Positions 44,175-54,795 of a DNA stretch of 64,000 nt are shown here, piece by piece. Below the pieces are notes generated by a model. The model was not told where the DNA came from. It did not search any database and saw nothing but the letters and a program-made list of their open reading frames with translations. Position numbers and translations under genes: made by a program. How positions within the stretch are numbered: position 1 is the stretch's first letter; the number at the start of each line of letters is the position of its first letter. This stretch comes from an uncultured Verrucomicrobiota bacterium (GTDB taxonomy: Bacteria > Verrucomicrobiota > Verrucomicrobiia > Limisphaerales > UBA9464): assembly GCA_964602595.1 (NCBI GenBank), contig CAZRRO010000017.1:67528-131527 (forward strand), written 5' to 3'.

Positions 44175-45062
44175 ATGCCCGCGACTCTCGCCCTCAACGC
44201 CCGCGTGCTCGCCGCGACGGAAGATTTGCCGTTGCTCGCGAACACCATCGTGGAGGGTTTCCTCGATGGGCTGCACCGCAGCCCCTTCCTGGGCTACAGC
44301 ACTGAGTTCAGCGCCTACCGAGCCTACACTCAGGGTGACAACCTCCGGCACATCGACTGGAAGGTCTGGGCGCGCACCGACGAGCTCTACGTGAAGCAGT
44401 TCGAGGACGACACGAACCTCCGTTGCCAGATCTACCTCGATACCAGCGCCTCCATGGATTTCGGCGCCGGGGACGGCAACAAGTTCCTCTACGGCCGGCT
44501 GCTCAGCGCCGCGCTGGCGCAGCTCATGGTGAAACAGCGGGATGCGCCCGGCCTCGTGCTGTTCGGTCCCGAGTCCCGGCTGGCGTTGCCCGCCCAGTCC
44601 ACCCGCCACCAAGCCATCGAGGTGCTCACCTTACTGGCCCAGACGCAGGCGGCCGGTTCGACCACGGTGGGCCAGGACCTGTTCCAGGTTGTCGACACGT
44701 TCACGCGTCGCGGACTGGCAGTGGTCATCTCCGACTTCTTCACAGCCGACGACACGTCCTTAGAATTGCTCCGCCGGCTCCACGCCCAGCGGCAGGAAGT
44801 CCTGGTGTTCCACGTGCTCGCGCCCGAGGAGCTCGAACTGCCCTACGAAGGCGAGTTCATCATGGAGGACGTGGAATCCGCCGAGGAAATCGTCGTCCAT
44901 GCCGAAGATTTCCGGGCCGAATACCAACGCCGGCTGAAGGCTTTCTGCGACCGCCTGCGCGACGAATGCATCAAGCTGGAACTCGACTACCAGCAGGTCC
45001 GCACCGACCAACCGCTGGATCACGCCCTGATCGCCTACCTGGAGAAAAGGATGTCGCTGTGA
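44175..45062 (+). CDS. DUF58-family protein (MoxR partner)
   Basis: HRSPFLGYSTEFSAYRAYTQGDNLRHIDWKVWARTDELYVKQFEDDTNL is the DUF58 hallmark. Confidence 0.88.
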   Translation: MPATLALNARVLAATEDLPLLANTIVEGFLDGLHRSPFLGYSTEFSAYRAYTQGDNLRHIDWKVWARTDELYVKQFEDDTNLRCQIYLDTSASMDFGAGDGNKFLYGRLLSAALAQLMVKQRDAPGLVLFGPESRLALPAQSTRHQAIEVLTLLAQTQAAGSTTVGQDLFQVVDTFTRRGLAVVISDFFTADDTSLELLRRLHAQRQEVLVFHVLAPEELELPYEGEFIMEDVESAEEIVVHAEDFRAEYQRRLKAFCDRLRDECIKLELDYQQVRTDQPLDHALIAYLEKRMSL

Positions 45063-45070
45063 AGACAGAC

Positions 45071-45158
45071 AATCTGGAAAACAGGAAGGCAGGAAAAGGA
45101 ACCGAAGGCGGAACCGTGCCCACAAAATCTACTTCCTGCCTTCCTGCCTTCCAGATTT
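45071..45158. repeat. 88-bp palindromic element built from two inverted GGAAGGCAGGAA-type repeats
   Basis: The left arm aatctggaaaacaggaaggcaggaaaagg (45071-45099) is roughly the reverse complement of cttcctgccttcctgccttccagattt (45132-45158). It sits between the DUF58 stop and the batA-like start. Confidence 0.75.
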
Positions 45159-45195
45159 CCCCGCTTCCCGCTTCCCCCTTGGCCCTTTCCCGCTG

Positions 45196-47289
45196 ATGCC
45201 GTTCCTGTTCACCAACGCCGCGTTGCTGGCCGCCCTTGCCGGGTTGGGAATTCCCGTGCTGCTGCACCTGCTGCTCAAGCGCAAGAGCCAGCGCCTGCGG
45301 TTCAGCACGGTGCGCTTCTTCGCCAAGCAGGACGAACAGGCCTCCTCCAAACGCAAGCTCCGCAACCTGCTGCTCCTGCTCCTGCGCCTGCTCATCTTCG
45401 CGCTGATCGTCCTCGCCTTCGCCCGCCCATACCTGCCCTTGGCCACGCCCAATGCCGCCGGCGGCCAGCGGCGGCAGATGGTGTTGGTGCTCGACCGCTC
45501 GCTGAGCCTTCAGGCGACCGATACCGGCGGCGCCCGCTGGCCCCGGCTGCAAGCGGCCGCCGGCAAACTCCTCGGCACGCTCAAGGCCGACGACCAGGCC
45601 GCGCTCGTCGTATGCTCGGAACAGGCGACCATTGCGTCGGGCTTCGCGTCCGCCCAGGTCGTCGCCAAGATTATCACGGACCTTGGGCCCGGAACCGGCA
45701 CGGCCGATCTCGCGGATGGATTCCGCGAGGCCGCCAAACTCATCGCCACCGCCGATCCCAAGGCGGGGCCTTCCGTCGTCGTGCTGAGCGACCTCCAGCG
45801 CGCCAGTTCGCAAAACCTCGCCACCGCGCCCCTGCCGGAAGGCATCGACGTTCAGCTTCTTCCCATCGGTGACCTAGCGGCGCCCAATCTCGCCGTAGCC
45901 GACCTCAATCTGGAAGGCACCGAAGAAGCATTGCCCCACGCTGTCATCACCCATCACGGCGACGAGGAATTGCCCGCGCTGGAAACGGAACTGCTCCTCG
46001 ACGGCAGATCGTTGCTCGTAAAAACGGTCCCGCTCAAGGCCGGTGCGACGACCAACCTCGACTTGCGCCTGCCCGCCTTGAAACCCGGTTGGCATCAAGC
46101 CGAATTCCGGCTGCGGGCCAAGGATTCGCTCGCCGCCGATGACCGCCGTTTCCAGGCCGTTTTTGTGCCCCAGCCCGTGCGCGTGTTGCTGGTCGAGAAC
46201 CGTCCCCGTGCCCGTTCGTTCGAGGAACAGACCTTCTTCATCGCCGCCGCACTGGATCCGACCTTCGGCACCACCAATCCGGCGCCGGCCCGCTTTGCGC
46301 TGAGCAAGGCGACCCCGGCCGACCTCGCGTCCCGGCTCGGCGGCGCGCCGACCAACCGCCCGGCGGTCGTCGTGATTCCTGCGCAGGCCAGCCTCAGCGC
46401 CGCGGCCCGCGCCGCGTTGGCGCCGTTCGTCCGCGACGGCGGCAGCCTCCTGCTGTTCGGCGGCGCGGAGCATTCGCCCTCGGACTTCAACGCCAACTTC
46501 GCGGGCCTCGCGCCCGTCGTGCTCAAGGGCGACGAAAAGGCCGATGACGAGTTCGGCTGGCACCTCGGCGAGGCAGACAAAGCCGGGGCGCTCTTCGCGC
46601 CATTCCGCCCGGCGAACTCGGGCAATCTCAACTTGCCGACGTTCACGCGCCGCCACACGGTCGCCAGCGTTGCCCAAAGTTCCGTGAACGCCCGTTTTGA
46701 AGATGGCACTCCGTTCGTCGCCAGCCTGTCGGCCGGCCGCGGTCGCGTCGTCTTCGTAAACACGGCGGCGGACACCGCGTGGGGCGACTGGCCCAAGCAC
46801 CGCACCTACCTGCCTTGGCTCCAGAATGCCGTCCAGTGGCTCGCCGGCCGCGAAGGTGAACCGAGCCTGCGGGCCGGCGCCAACCTGGTCGCCGGCGCGG
46901 AGGAGGAACTGGAACTCGGCGTGGGCTTCGCCAATTCCCGCCTGACGCTGACCGGGCCTGCTGGGAAAGCCGCCGTGCTCACTGCCAATGCGCAGGGGCG
47001 CATCGCTGTCACTCCGGCGGAACCTGGGTTCTACCTCCTGGCTGATGCGCAGGGACAGGAAGTGCGCCGCTTCAGCGCCAACGTGCCGACGGCCGAAACG
47101 GACCTCGCCGCGTGGCGTCCGGGCGACTTGCAGGCGCAAGTGGCCCGCACCGGCAATGAGCAAACCAACCTCGCCGCCGGTCTGTTCGGTGGCGGACGCC
47201 AACACCGCGAATTCTGGCGGGTGCTCCTGATGGTCGCGCTGGCGCTGCTGTTTGTGGAAACCCTGTTCGCGAACCGCTCGTATGCGTGA
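45196..47289 (+). CDS. BatA-like protein (N-terminal double-TM aerotolerance-operon domain)
   Basis: MPFLFTNAALLAALAGLGIPVLLHLLLKRKSQRLRFSTVRFF is a typical BatA N-terminal module, and the gene lies in a MoxR/DUF58 context. Confidence 0.8.
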   Translation: MPFLFTNAALLAALAGLGIPVLLHLLLKRKSQRLRFSTVRFFAKQDEQASSKRKLRNLLLLLLRLLIFALIVLAFARPYLPLATPNAAGGQRRQMVLVLDRSLSLQATDTGGARWPRLQAAAGKLLGTLKADDQAALVVCSEQATIASGFASAQVVAKIITDLGPGTGTADLADGFREAAKLIATADPKAGPSVVVLSDLQRASSQNLATAPLPEGIDVQLLPIGDLAAPNLAVADLNLEGTEEALPHAVITHHGDEELPALETELLLDGRSLLVKTVPLKAGATTNLDLRLPALKPGWHQAEFRLRAKDSLAADDRRFQAVFVPQPVRVLLVENRPRARSFEEQTFFIAAALDPTFGTTNPAPARFALSKATPADLASRLGGAPTNRPAVVVIPAQASLSAAARAALAPFVRDGGSLLLFGGAEHSPSDFNANFAGLAPVVLKGDEKADDEFGWHLGEADKAGALFAPFRPANSGNLNLPTFTRRHTVASVAQSSVNARFEDGTPFVASLSAGRGRVVFVNTAADTAWGDWPKHRTYLPWLQNAVQWLAGREGEPSLRAGANLVAGAEEELELGVGFANSRLTLTGPAGKAAVLTANAQGRIAVTPAEPGFYLLADAQGQEVRRFSANVPTAETDLAAWRPGDLQAQVARTGNEQTNLAAGLFGGGRQHREFWRVLLMVALALLFVETLFANRSYA

Positions 47290-47298
47290 AGGCAGATT

Positions 47299-47795
47299 GA
47301 ATTTGGAAAGTAGGAAGGCAGGAAAGGAAGCAGCGTTCTCCCTTCGTGCATTTCTGCATTCCTGCTTTTTCCGCTCTTCGGATGCAGCCCCTTCAGCGGG
47401 CATTCGCATCCCGGAAGATGTAGGGCACTTTGCCAGGCCCTCCGGGCAGGGTGGTTACATCAGACGATCGACTGTGCTAGGCGTTACAGGATTGGGTATT
47501 GCGGTGCTGGCTGGCATCCTCTGGCAGTTTGATCGTCCGCCTTTTGACTTGGCCAAGTTACAGTCTCTGCAAATAGGAATGAGCCAGGCGCAGGTAGTGG
47601 AAATCCTTGGCCCTCCCCGAGACAATTATGGAGAACGATGGGCGTATGCGAGGAGCCTTGCATGGCCAATCGTTCAGATTCACTTCGATGCGTCAGGAAA
47701 GGTGACCCGCTATGAGTATGATCCCTGAGAACTCCCATCTACTGCATCGCGGCACTTGGTTGTCCCGCCTTCCTGCTTTCCTGCTTTCCAAATTC
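47299..47795. mobile_element. Possible MITE-like/cassette insertion bounded by ~28-bp imperfect inverted repeats of the GGAAGGCAGGAA family
   Basis: gaatttggaaagtaggaaggcaggaaagg (47299-47327) compared with the reverse complement of ccttcctgctttcctgctttccaaattc (47768-47795) matches at about 25 of 28 positions. The interior is more AT-rich and carries one small ORF. Confidence 0.3.
47474..47728 (+). CDS. Small anchored protein, BamE/SmpA-OmlA-like
   Basis: From GTG 47474: a TM helix (LGVTGLGIAVLAGILW), then LQIGMSQAQVVEILGPP...WAY...VQIHFDASGKVTRYEY, which resembles the SmpA/OmlA fold pattern. The start is uncertain. Confidence 0.42.
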   Translation: MLGVTGLGIAVLAGILWQFDRPPFDLAKLQSLQIGMSQAQVVEILGPPRDNYGERWAYARSLAWPIVQIHFDASGKVTRYEYDP

Positions 47796-47818
47796 TCCCC
47801 GAACCGCGTCAGCGCACC

Positions 47819-50524
47819 ATGAACACTCCCTCGCCCGCCCAAGCCCCGCTGGCCACCACCGCCCGGCAACGCGATCGCTCCGCCCGCGCGGCCACCGCCC
47901 TTGCCGGTGCCGGGTTGGCCCTGCTGGCGTTGCTCGCGGCCGCTTCGCTCGACTATTGGCTTACCCTGCCCGCCAAGGTTCGTTGGGCCGGCTTCGCCGT
48001 TGTGGCCGGTTTGGTCATCGCCGGGACGCTTCGGCTGATCGGCCTGCTACGTCGGCCGACCACGCTCAAGCAGGCCGCGCTGGAAGTGGAGCAACGCCGG
48101 CCCGACGCGGGCTGCGAAGTCTCCACCGCCGCCGAATACCTCACGGGCGAACGCCAAGCCACGCAGGACTACGAACGCGAATTGGCCGCCGCCCTCCAGC
48201 AGCGGGCCGCCGAGACGGTGTCGCGCAACCCGGTCAACTTCACCCGCCGTCTGCTCGCGCCCGCCTTGGGCGCCGGCGTGGCGTTGGTTCTTTTGGCGGT
48301 GTTTGCCGCCTCGTTCCCCGCCGCCGGCACCGCGTTGAGGCGCACCGCCGCGCCTTGGAGCAAAGCGGCGTTTTCCCAGATCGAGGTGAAGCCCGGCAGC
48401 ACTGAGGTGGCCGTTGGCAAACCATTGGAGCTGACCGCCGCCTTTCACGGACGCCTGCCGGCCACCGCCACCTTGCAGGTTCGCGGCGAAGGCCAGACGG
48501 CTTGGACCGACGTCGCGCTGACGGGCGCCACCAATGGCACCTTCCGCCACACGCTGCCGGCCGTCTCGGCGTCGTTCGCCTATCGCGTAACCGGCAGCGA
48601 TGCGGTGTCCGACGAGTTCGCAGTGACGGCCTACGTGCCGCCTGCGGTGAAAGATCTCCGCGTGAAGCTGGAGCCGCCGGCCTACACCTGTCTGCCGGTG
48701 ACCGAGCAGGCCGCGGCCGACATCGCGATCATCCGCGGCACCAAGGCAACCTTCCGCGTCGCGCCCAACGTGGACCTGTCCAAGGCGCGCCTCACCTTCA
48801 CGAACGGCACGGTCACCGAATTGAAACGCGACGCGCAGGGGCTTTGGACCGCCGAACTGCCGGTGGCCAAGGACAACGAGTTTCGCTTCGAGCTGTTCGA
48901 CGCCAAAGGCCGGAAAGGCGGTGACGAAATCGCGCACCGGCTGACCGCCATTCCCGACGCCGCGCCCAAGGTGGATTTCGAACTGCCCGGCGGAGACATC
49001 CGCGCGGCGGCGACCAACCGCGTTCCCCTGAAGGTGGCCGCGAGCGACGACTTCGGTCTGAGCGCGATGAAGATCGTCTTTCACCGTCTCGGCGGGCCGG
49101 AACAGGAGCTGCCCATCGCGAAGTGGACCACCCAGGACAAGGAAGCAACGGCCGAGGTGGAACTCGACCTGACGCCGCTCAAGCTGCGGCAGTTCGAACT
49201 CGTGGCTTACCACGCCGAAGTGCGCGACAACAACACGCTCGACGGTCCCGGCATCGGCCGTTCGCCGACCTACTTCATCGAGATCACCGACCTCGAAGGC
49301 GGGAAGTGCCTTTCGCAGAAGCAGGCGCAGAAGGTGAACCTGCTCACCATCCAGAAGCAGATCATCGCGGACACGGCAACGCTCGCCCCAGCCAGCCCGA
49401 AGGAGAAGTTCGATGAACTGGCCCTGCGCCAACGGGACGCGATCGAGTTTGGAAAGCTCTATCAGCAGGGCCTGAGCGAGACCGGCGCGCCATTGCCCGT
49501 GCAGGGCGCGATGAATGCCGCCGTCGCCGCCATGACGCAGGCCGCCGGCACGCTGGACAAACACCAGCGGGACGCGGCGTTGCCCCCGGAAGAAACGGCG
49601 CTCGCCCGGCTCTACGAGGTGCTCAAGCTGATGCCAGCGTTGAAGGACTTGCCGACGCAGTTGCCGCCGATGGCCCAGGAACCGAAGGAGCCAAAACCGG
49701 AGCAACCGCCTGCCCTGAAGGTCGTCTTGGAAGCGTTGAAGAAGCAGAAAAAGGAGGACCCAAAGCAGCAGGAGTTGGCGAAGATGCTGGAACAAATCCA
49801 GCAGCTCGCCCGGCAGCAGGCGGCGATCAGCTCGGCCTGCGAAAACCCGGGCAGCAACCCAAGCGGCGGACAGGCCAGCGAACCCGCCCGGTCGGCGCAG
49901 TCGCCGAATCCGCCAGACTCCAAGGACGCGAAGAACCCGGCTCCGGCGGCAAAGCCAGGCGAGTCCAAGAGCGGCCAGCAGGCCGGGAAACCGCCGGGCA
50001 AACAATCCGGCAAGGGCCAGGGGCAAGGCCAAGGGGAAGGTCAGCCCAAGGACGAGTTGGCCAAGAACGACGCCGAAGCCAAGGCTTCGCCGAAGCCCGG
50101 TGAAAAGCCGGGGCAGAAGCCAGGAGAGGGCAAGAAGCCAGGCGACGATCAGCCGAAGACTGCCGCGGAGTTGGCCAAGCTCGCCCCCAAGCAGGAGGCC
50201 ATGAGCCAGGAGGCGAAGGCCCTCGCCGAGCGCCTTGCGCGCCTCATGGGCAAAGGGTCCCGGACCGGCAAGGCCGCCGGCCAGCAGCTTAGCGAGGCGT
50301 CCGCCAAGATGTCGGAAGCCGCCCAGGCGATGCGCAGCGGGAATGGTTCCGGGGCCGGCTCGAAGGGCAACGAAAGCAACTCCGCACTGGGCAACGCCAC
50401 CGCCATGGTCGAGGCGCTGCTGGCCGGCCGGCCGGAGGTCGGCGACGTCGCGTCGGAAGACGCGCCCAAACAATACGAGGGCGCACTGGCGGATTACTTC
50501 AAGCGACTGTCGCGGGCCGAATGA
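47819..50524 (+). CDS. Membrane protein of the Bat-operon neighbourhood (DUF4175-like) with long Lys/Pro/Gly/Gln-rich low-complexity region
   Basis: N-terminal double TM (LALLALLAAASLDYWL...GFAVVAGLVIAG), a large beta-rich middle, and a low-complexity region around 49650-50200. The minus-strand ORF 48047..50473 is its shadow. Confidence 0.72.
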   Translation: MNTPSPAQAPLATTARQRDRSARAATALAGAGLALLALLAAASLDYWLTLPAKVRWAGFAVVAGLVIAGTLRLIGLLRRPTTLKQAALEVEQRRPDAGCEVSTAAEYLTGERQATQDYERELAAALQQRAAETVSRNPVNFTRRLLAPALGAGVALVLLAVFAASFPAAGTALRRTAAPWSKAAFSQIEVKPGSTEVAVGKPLELTAAFHGRLPATATLQVRGEGQTAWTDVALTGATNGTFRHTLPAVSASFAYRVTGSDAVSDEFAVTAYVPPAVKDLRVKLEPPAYTCLPVTEQAAADIAIIRGTKATFRVAPNVDLSKARLTFTNGTVTELKRDAQGLWTAELPVAKDNEFRFELFDAKGRKGGDEIAHRLTAIPDAAPKVDFELPGGDIRAAATNRVPLKVAASDDFGLSAMKIVFHRLGGPEQELPIAKWTTQDKEATAEVELDLTPLKLRQFELVAYHAEVRDNNTLDGPGIGRSPTYFIEITDLEGGKCLSQKQAQKVNLLTIQKQIIADTATLAPASPKEKFDELALRQRDAIEFGKLYQQGLSETGAPLPVQGAMNAAVAAMTQAAGTLDKHQRDAALPPEETALARLYEVLKLMPALKDLPTQLPPMAQEPKEPKPEQPPALKVVLEALKKQKKEDPKQQELAKMLEQIQQLARQQAAISSACENPGSNPSGGQASEPARSAQSPNPPDSKDAKNPAPAAKPGESKSGQQAGKPPGKQSGKGQGQGQGEGQPKDELAKNDAEAKASPKPGEKPGQKPGEGKKPGDDQPKTAAELAKLAPKQEAMSQEAKALAERLARLMGKGSRTGKAAGQQLSEASAKMSEAAQAMRSGNGSGAGSKGNESNSALGNATAMVEALLAGRPEVGDVASEDAPKQYEGALADYFKRLSRAE

Positions 50525-50634
50525 CCGGTCAGCTGGTGCGGCGTTTGCGAATCGGCGGATTGGTTCACATCAACGAATCCTGATTCGTTGATTTAACTCT
50601 TGTTTCACGGGCATTCGTTGCCATCCTTGGCGGC

Positions 50635-51528
50635 GTGATCCGGTTCATCAAAGACCTCCATCGCGAATGCCGTGCCGCGGGCCGTCCCGCCATCTCGATC
50701 GAGTTTTTCCCGCCCAAGACCGAGGAGGGCGAGCGCAACCTGTTCGACCGCACCCTGCCGGAGCTGCTCAAGGCCAAGCCACTTTACTGTTCGGTCACCT
50801 ACGGTGCCGGCGGCACGACCCGGGACAAGACTCTTGGTATCGTCGAGCGCATCCAGCGTGACTTCGACCTCACGACGATGATGCATCTCACCTGCGTGAA
50901 TGCGACCAAGGCGGAGTTGCATTCGGTCATCGAGGACGCGCGCAGCCGCGGCGTGAAGAACCTGCTCGCCCTGCGCGGCGATCCTCCCGGCGGCACCGGT
51001 GACTGGGTTCAGACTGAGGGCGGCTTCCGCTACTCCACCGAACTGGTCGCCTACCTGAAGGAGCTCGGCGGCTTCAACATCGGCACGGCCGGCTTTCCGG
51101 AAGGGCACATCGCTCAAAAGGCCGGCAAAATCGCGGACTGGGGCTTCCTCGCGGAGAAAATCCGGGCCGGCGCGGATTTCGTGGTCACGCAACTTTTCTT
51201 CAACAACGACGACTATTACGCCTTCCGCGATCATCTGAGCCAGAAGCTCGGCGTCGACGTGCCCATCGTGCCCGGGCTCCTGCCGGTCCTGTCGGCCAAG
51301 CAGACCAAGAAGTTCACCGAACTGTGCGGCGCCAAGCTGCCCGCGCCGTTTCTCGCCCGGCTCGACCAGATCGGCGACGACGACGCGGCGGCCGTCGAGT
51401 TCGGCATCGAGCACTGCACCCGGCAGATTGAGGACCTGCTGCGGAACGGTGCTCCGGGCGTCCATTTCTACACGTTGAACAAGGCCCATTCCACCCTCCG
51501 GGTCGTGCAGAATCTCGGCCTCGCCTGA
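50635..51528 (+). CDS. metF: Methylenetetrahydrofolate reductase
   Basis: ISIEFFPPKTEEGE...YCSVTYGAGGTTRDKTL...HLTCVNATKAEL...NLLALRGDPP is canonical MetF. Confidence 0.92.
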   Translation: MIRFIKDLHRECRAAGRPAISIEFFPPKTEEGERNLFDRTLPELLKAKPLYCSVTYGAGGTTRDKTLGIVERIQRDFDLTTMMHLTCVNATKAELHSVIEDARSRGVKNLLALRGDPPGGTGDWVQTEGGFRYSTELVAYLKELGGFNIGTAGFPEGHIAQKAGKIADWGFLAEKIRAGADFVVTQLFFNNDDYYAFRDHLSQKLGVDVPIVPGLLPVLSAKQTKKFTELCGAKLPAPFLARLDQIGDDDAAAVEFGIEHCTRQIEDLLRNGAPGVHFYTLNKAHSTLRVVQNLGLA

Positions 51529-51571
51529 ATCGCCCGGTCGCCGAATTGCAGTTCGGTGCATCGGACATTCC

Positions 51572-51604
51572 CGAAAAAAGGAACGGCGGCCCTGAGGCCG
51601 CCGT
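51572..51604 (-). terminator. Intrinsic terminator after the 51639..52928 gene
   Basis: The minus strand reads ACGGCGGCC-TCAG-GGCCGCCGT followed by TCCTTTTTTCGG. Confidence 0.6.
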
Positions 51605-51638
51605 CGTCATCGATCAGATGCCGTTCTCCAGCGAAGGC

Positions 51639-52928
51639 TTACTTCGCCGACGCGGAACTCACTCCGAGATCCAGGCACACCGCCTCTTTAGTGCTGCGGG
51701 CATACACCCGGCCGCCCGCCACGACCGGCGTGGTCCAGCACTTGCCCTCCAGCACGTCAGCCCGGGCCACTTCTTGGTAACCATCCGGCGTGGCCTTGAT
51801 GAGGACCAACTGGCCGGCGTCGCCCAGGGCCAGCACATGGCCGTCCACCAGGATGACGTGGCCCGGCCCGAAGCCGGCCTTCTCCCATTTCACCTTGCCG
51901 GTTGCTACCTCGACGCACTTCACCGGACCGCTGCCGTATTCCTTGAACTGGAACATGCCGTAGAGATGCCCGTCGTGCAGGACCGGCGTGGACCAGTGGT
52001 TCGCCAGCGGCTTGTCCCCGTTGAAGCGATAAATCTCCGTCGCGGTGAACTTGCCGTCCGCCTTCGCCAGCTTCACCGCCCCGGCGCCCACGCCGTAGCC
52101 CGCCGAGCAATACACGATGTCGCCCGCCACGACCGGTGAGGCCGCGGTCGAGATGCGGAACGGGAACGCGTAACGCCACAGCTCCTTGCCGGAGGTCGGC
52201 TCGACCGCCAACAGGCCGGACTTCACGAAGAAGACCACCTGCCGCTGTCCTTGGATCGTCGCCGCCGTCGGGGTCGCGTGGGTCATGGTCTCGTCGAAGG
52301 CTTTCCATGCCACCTTGCCGTCGGCCTTGTTAAAGGCGAGCAACGACTCCCCTGCCCCGCCGCCCGCCACCAAAACCAGGTTCCCCTCGATCAGGGGCGA
52401 CGCGGCGTTCTGCCACTGGATGTTCCGGCCGGCGAATTCCTTCAGCAGATCATGCCGCCACAGCTCCGCGCCGGACTTCGCGGAGAAACACGCCAGCACC
52501 AGCTTGCCGGTGAGGACGTAGACGTGGTCGCCATCCAGCGTCGGCGAGGAACGCGGGCCATCGCCGCCCTTGTTGTCCCCCGTGCCGGCATCGCCGCCGC
52601 CGTCGAACTTCACCGCGCCGAGGGGCTTCGCCCACGACTCCTTGCCGGTGTCCGCATTCCGCGCCACCAGCACCTCCTGCGATGCGCCATCCACGTCCCG
52701 TTGCTCCAACGTGAACGCCGCGCCGCCGCCGACCGCAAACGAGCTGAACCCGCGGTCGCTGGTAACCTTCCACAGCACCTTCGGACCGGCGTCGGGCCAT
52801 TTCTTGGAAATCTTCTCCGGCGACGAACCGTCGCCCTTGGGGCCACGGACAAACGGCCAGTCTCCGGCCAGGGCCGCGGAGGCAAACGCGGCGGTCAACG
52901 TGAGCGAGGCAAACAAACGGGGATTCAT
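51639..52928 (-). CDS. Secreted PQQ-like beta-propeller repeat protein
   Basis: Signal peptide ([21 protein letters not shown]) and repeated blade motifs (GKESWAK, GAELWRH, GKVAWKA, GKELWRY, GKVKWEK). Confidence 0.85.
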   Translation of the reverse strand: MNPRLFASLTLTAAFASAALAGDWPFVRGPKGDGSSPEKISKKWPDAGPKVLWKVTSDRGFSSFAVGGGAAFTLEQRDVDGASQEVLVARNADTGKESWAKPLGAVKFDGGGDAGTGDNKGGDGPRSSPTLDGDHVYVLTGKLVLACFSAKSGAELWRHDLLKEFAGRNIQWQNAASPLIEGNLVLVAGGGAGESLLAFNKADGKVAWKAFDETMTHATPTAATIQGQRQVVFFVKSGLLAVEPTSGKELWRYAFPFRISTAASPVVAGDIVYCSAGYGVGAGAVKLAKADGKFTATEIYRFNGDKPLANHWSTPVLHDGHLYGMFQFKEYGSGPVKCVEVATGKVKWEKAGFGPGHVILVDGHVLALGDAGQLVLIKATPDGYQEVARADVLEGKCWTTPVVAGGRVYARSTKEAVCLDLGVSSASAK

Positions 52929-53112
52929 GATGCCGCGGAAACTCGACGAAGCGGTCCGGCGGTCAACCGGTTTTTGCCGGACTCAGGCCGGCAGCGACAC
53001 CGTGAAGGGAGTCCAGGGCGGTGACGGGAGATTGAGACCAGGGCGACGTCTTCGGGAACCGGAACGTCACTTGCGGGACCGGCCGCGAACACCGCAGGCT
53101 GGGCCCCTTGCC

Positions 53113-53859
53113 ATGAGCAACCTCCCGATCCTTTCCCCGCGGCGGCTGGCGGCGTTCACTCTCATCGAGTTGCTCGTGGTCATCGCCATCATCGCGATCC
53201 TTGCCTCGATGCTGTTGCCGGCGATTTCGGCCGCGAAGGAGAAGGCGTCGCGCACCGCCTGCGTGAACAACAACCGGCAGCTCGGCCTCGCCGTGCAGAT
53301 GTATGCCATGGACAGCCAGGACTACATGCCGTGGCCCAACTGGGAGAACAGCCAGCGGGGTTGGTTGTATCAGCCGCTCGGCGGCCGGGCGCCGGATCCG
53401 CTGCGGACCAACGAGCTGCCGCTCATCGAGGCCGGCCTGTATTTCCCCTACCTGAAGGAGCGGAAGGTTTACAACTGCCCGCTCGACCGGACCAACCACC
53501 TCTCCTGGCAGAAGCGGCAGCAGCGCATCTCCAGCTACATCATGAACGGCGCCGTTTGCGCCTTTGCCCGGATCACCCCGCGCACCTTCAAGCTGACTTC
53601 CTTCAATCCCGCCGCCTACGTGATGTGGGAACCGGAGATCAAGAACTTCGGCGGCATCTGGGGTCCCAACCAGGGCCACGACGCCAGCCAGTATCCCAAT
53701 GACCAGGAAGGCATCGGGCGCCGGCACAAGAAGGGCGCGGTCATCACGGGCTTCAGCGGCCAAGTCCACTTCATCAAGTTCGAGGACTTCCAGCGCGAGC
53801 AGCGGCAGAACAAGCCGGGCCTGCTCTGGTGCGTGCCGGACAGCAAGACCGGCGAGTAG
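53113..53859 (+). CDS. Prepilin-type N-terminal cleavage/methylation domain protein
   Basis: [32 protein letters not shown] leader. Paralogous to 21648..22508. Confidence 0.85.
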   Translation: MSNLPILSPRRLAAFTLIELLVVIAIIAILASMLLPAISAAKEKASRTACVNNNRQLGLAVQMYAMDSQDYMPWPNWENSQRGWLYQPLGGRAPDPLRTNELPLIEAGLYFPYLKERKVYNCPLDRTNHLSWQKRQQRISSYIMNGAVCAFARITPRTFKLTSFNPAAYVMWEPEIKNFGGIWGPNQGHDASQYPNDQEGIGRRHKKGAVITGFSGQVHFIKFEDFQREQRQNKPGLLWCVPDSKTGE

Positions 53860-53948
53860 GTCGGCCGCGGCGGCGATCCTCGGCCGGCGACGTGGTTGGG
53901 GGAATCCGAAGGTAGAACGGGCAGTAAATTCGGCGCAGGAAACGGCGT

Positions 53949-54689
53949 TCAGGTTTTTCGCCGCCCTACGCAGAATACTGCAACCACGCCGACGCCGAAG
54001 AGTGCCCAAGTCTCCGGTTCCGGCACAGCCGGCAGCGGGCTGAAGCTGATATCATCAATGACGTGCATCTTGGCGTCGGGCCAACCGGGAAACTGGCCTT
54101 CGTCCTGGCCAGGAAAGTTGCCGAAGCTGCGGAACTCGAACTGGAGTGGGGCCGTTTGGCCGGCGTAGGCGCTGACGTCCACCGCGTAATAATGAAAGAG
54201 GGGCACGTCGGGGTCACCGCTGGGACGGTCCTCCAGGAAATGCACCGGAGCTGGCGATCCGGCCACAGAGACATGCAAATCGTTGCCGTGATACAGGAAA
54301 CGCAGGGACTGGGCGTCGGAAGGGATGTCGCCGGTTTGCGCCAGAAAGAAGGAGGGAGCCGCAATGCCGGCGTGGGGCCAAATACCGAGCGAATATGTTC
54401 CAACGACCGGAACCTTGGCGGAGTTTGCCGGCTGCGCATTGTTGACGTAACTGGAATCCAGAATGCTCGAAAGATTTCTAAACGGTTGAGTGTGATTGTA
54501 ACCCACCCCATTGGGCACATCCCAGCCCGGGACCATCCATACTTCTGGTGCCCCTTCGAATGTTGGGCCTGGAATTGCCAGTCCAATTCCGCCGGGTATT
54601 TCAGGTGAATCGAACCCAAAGTTTTGGAACGGCGCAGCGGCCAGCAGGCCCGGCAATGAGCAGGCCAGCAGGAGGAGTGAAGATTTCAT
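53949..54689 (-). CDS. PEP-CTERM sorting-domain secreted protein
   Basis: Signal peptide from ATG 54689, and the C-terminal VPEPETWALFGVGVVAVFCVGRRKT (PEP motif, TM, basic tail). Confidence 0.8.
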   Translation of the reverse strand: MKSSLLLLACSLPGLLAAAPFQNFGFDSPEIPGGIGLAIPGPTFEGAPEVWMVPGWDVPNGVGYNHTQPFRNLSSILDSSYVNNAQPANSAKVPVVGTYSLGIWPHAGIAAPSFFLAQTGDIPSDAQSLRFLYHGNDLHVSVAGSPAPVHFLEDRPSGDPDVPLFHYYAVDVSAYAGQTAPLQFEFRSFGNFPGQDEGQFPGWPDAKMHVIDDISFSPLPAVPEPETWALFGVGVVAVFCVGRRKT

Positions 54690-54795
54690 GGCGCGGTGAC
54701 GAAAGTTCCCTGGCTGAGATTGAAAAAGGAGCTGGCGCAGACTTGGTAAAGCGCATTGGCGAAGCTTCCGGCATCCGTGCATGCAAGGCCCGGGT

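Noticed and set aside
43124-50473. Long minus-strand ORFs 43124..44248, 45874..47409 and 48047..50473
   Set aside because: They are antisense shadows of the moxR, batA-like and DUF4175-like genes and show the same compositional artefact.
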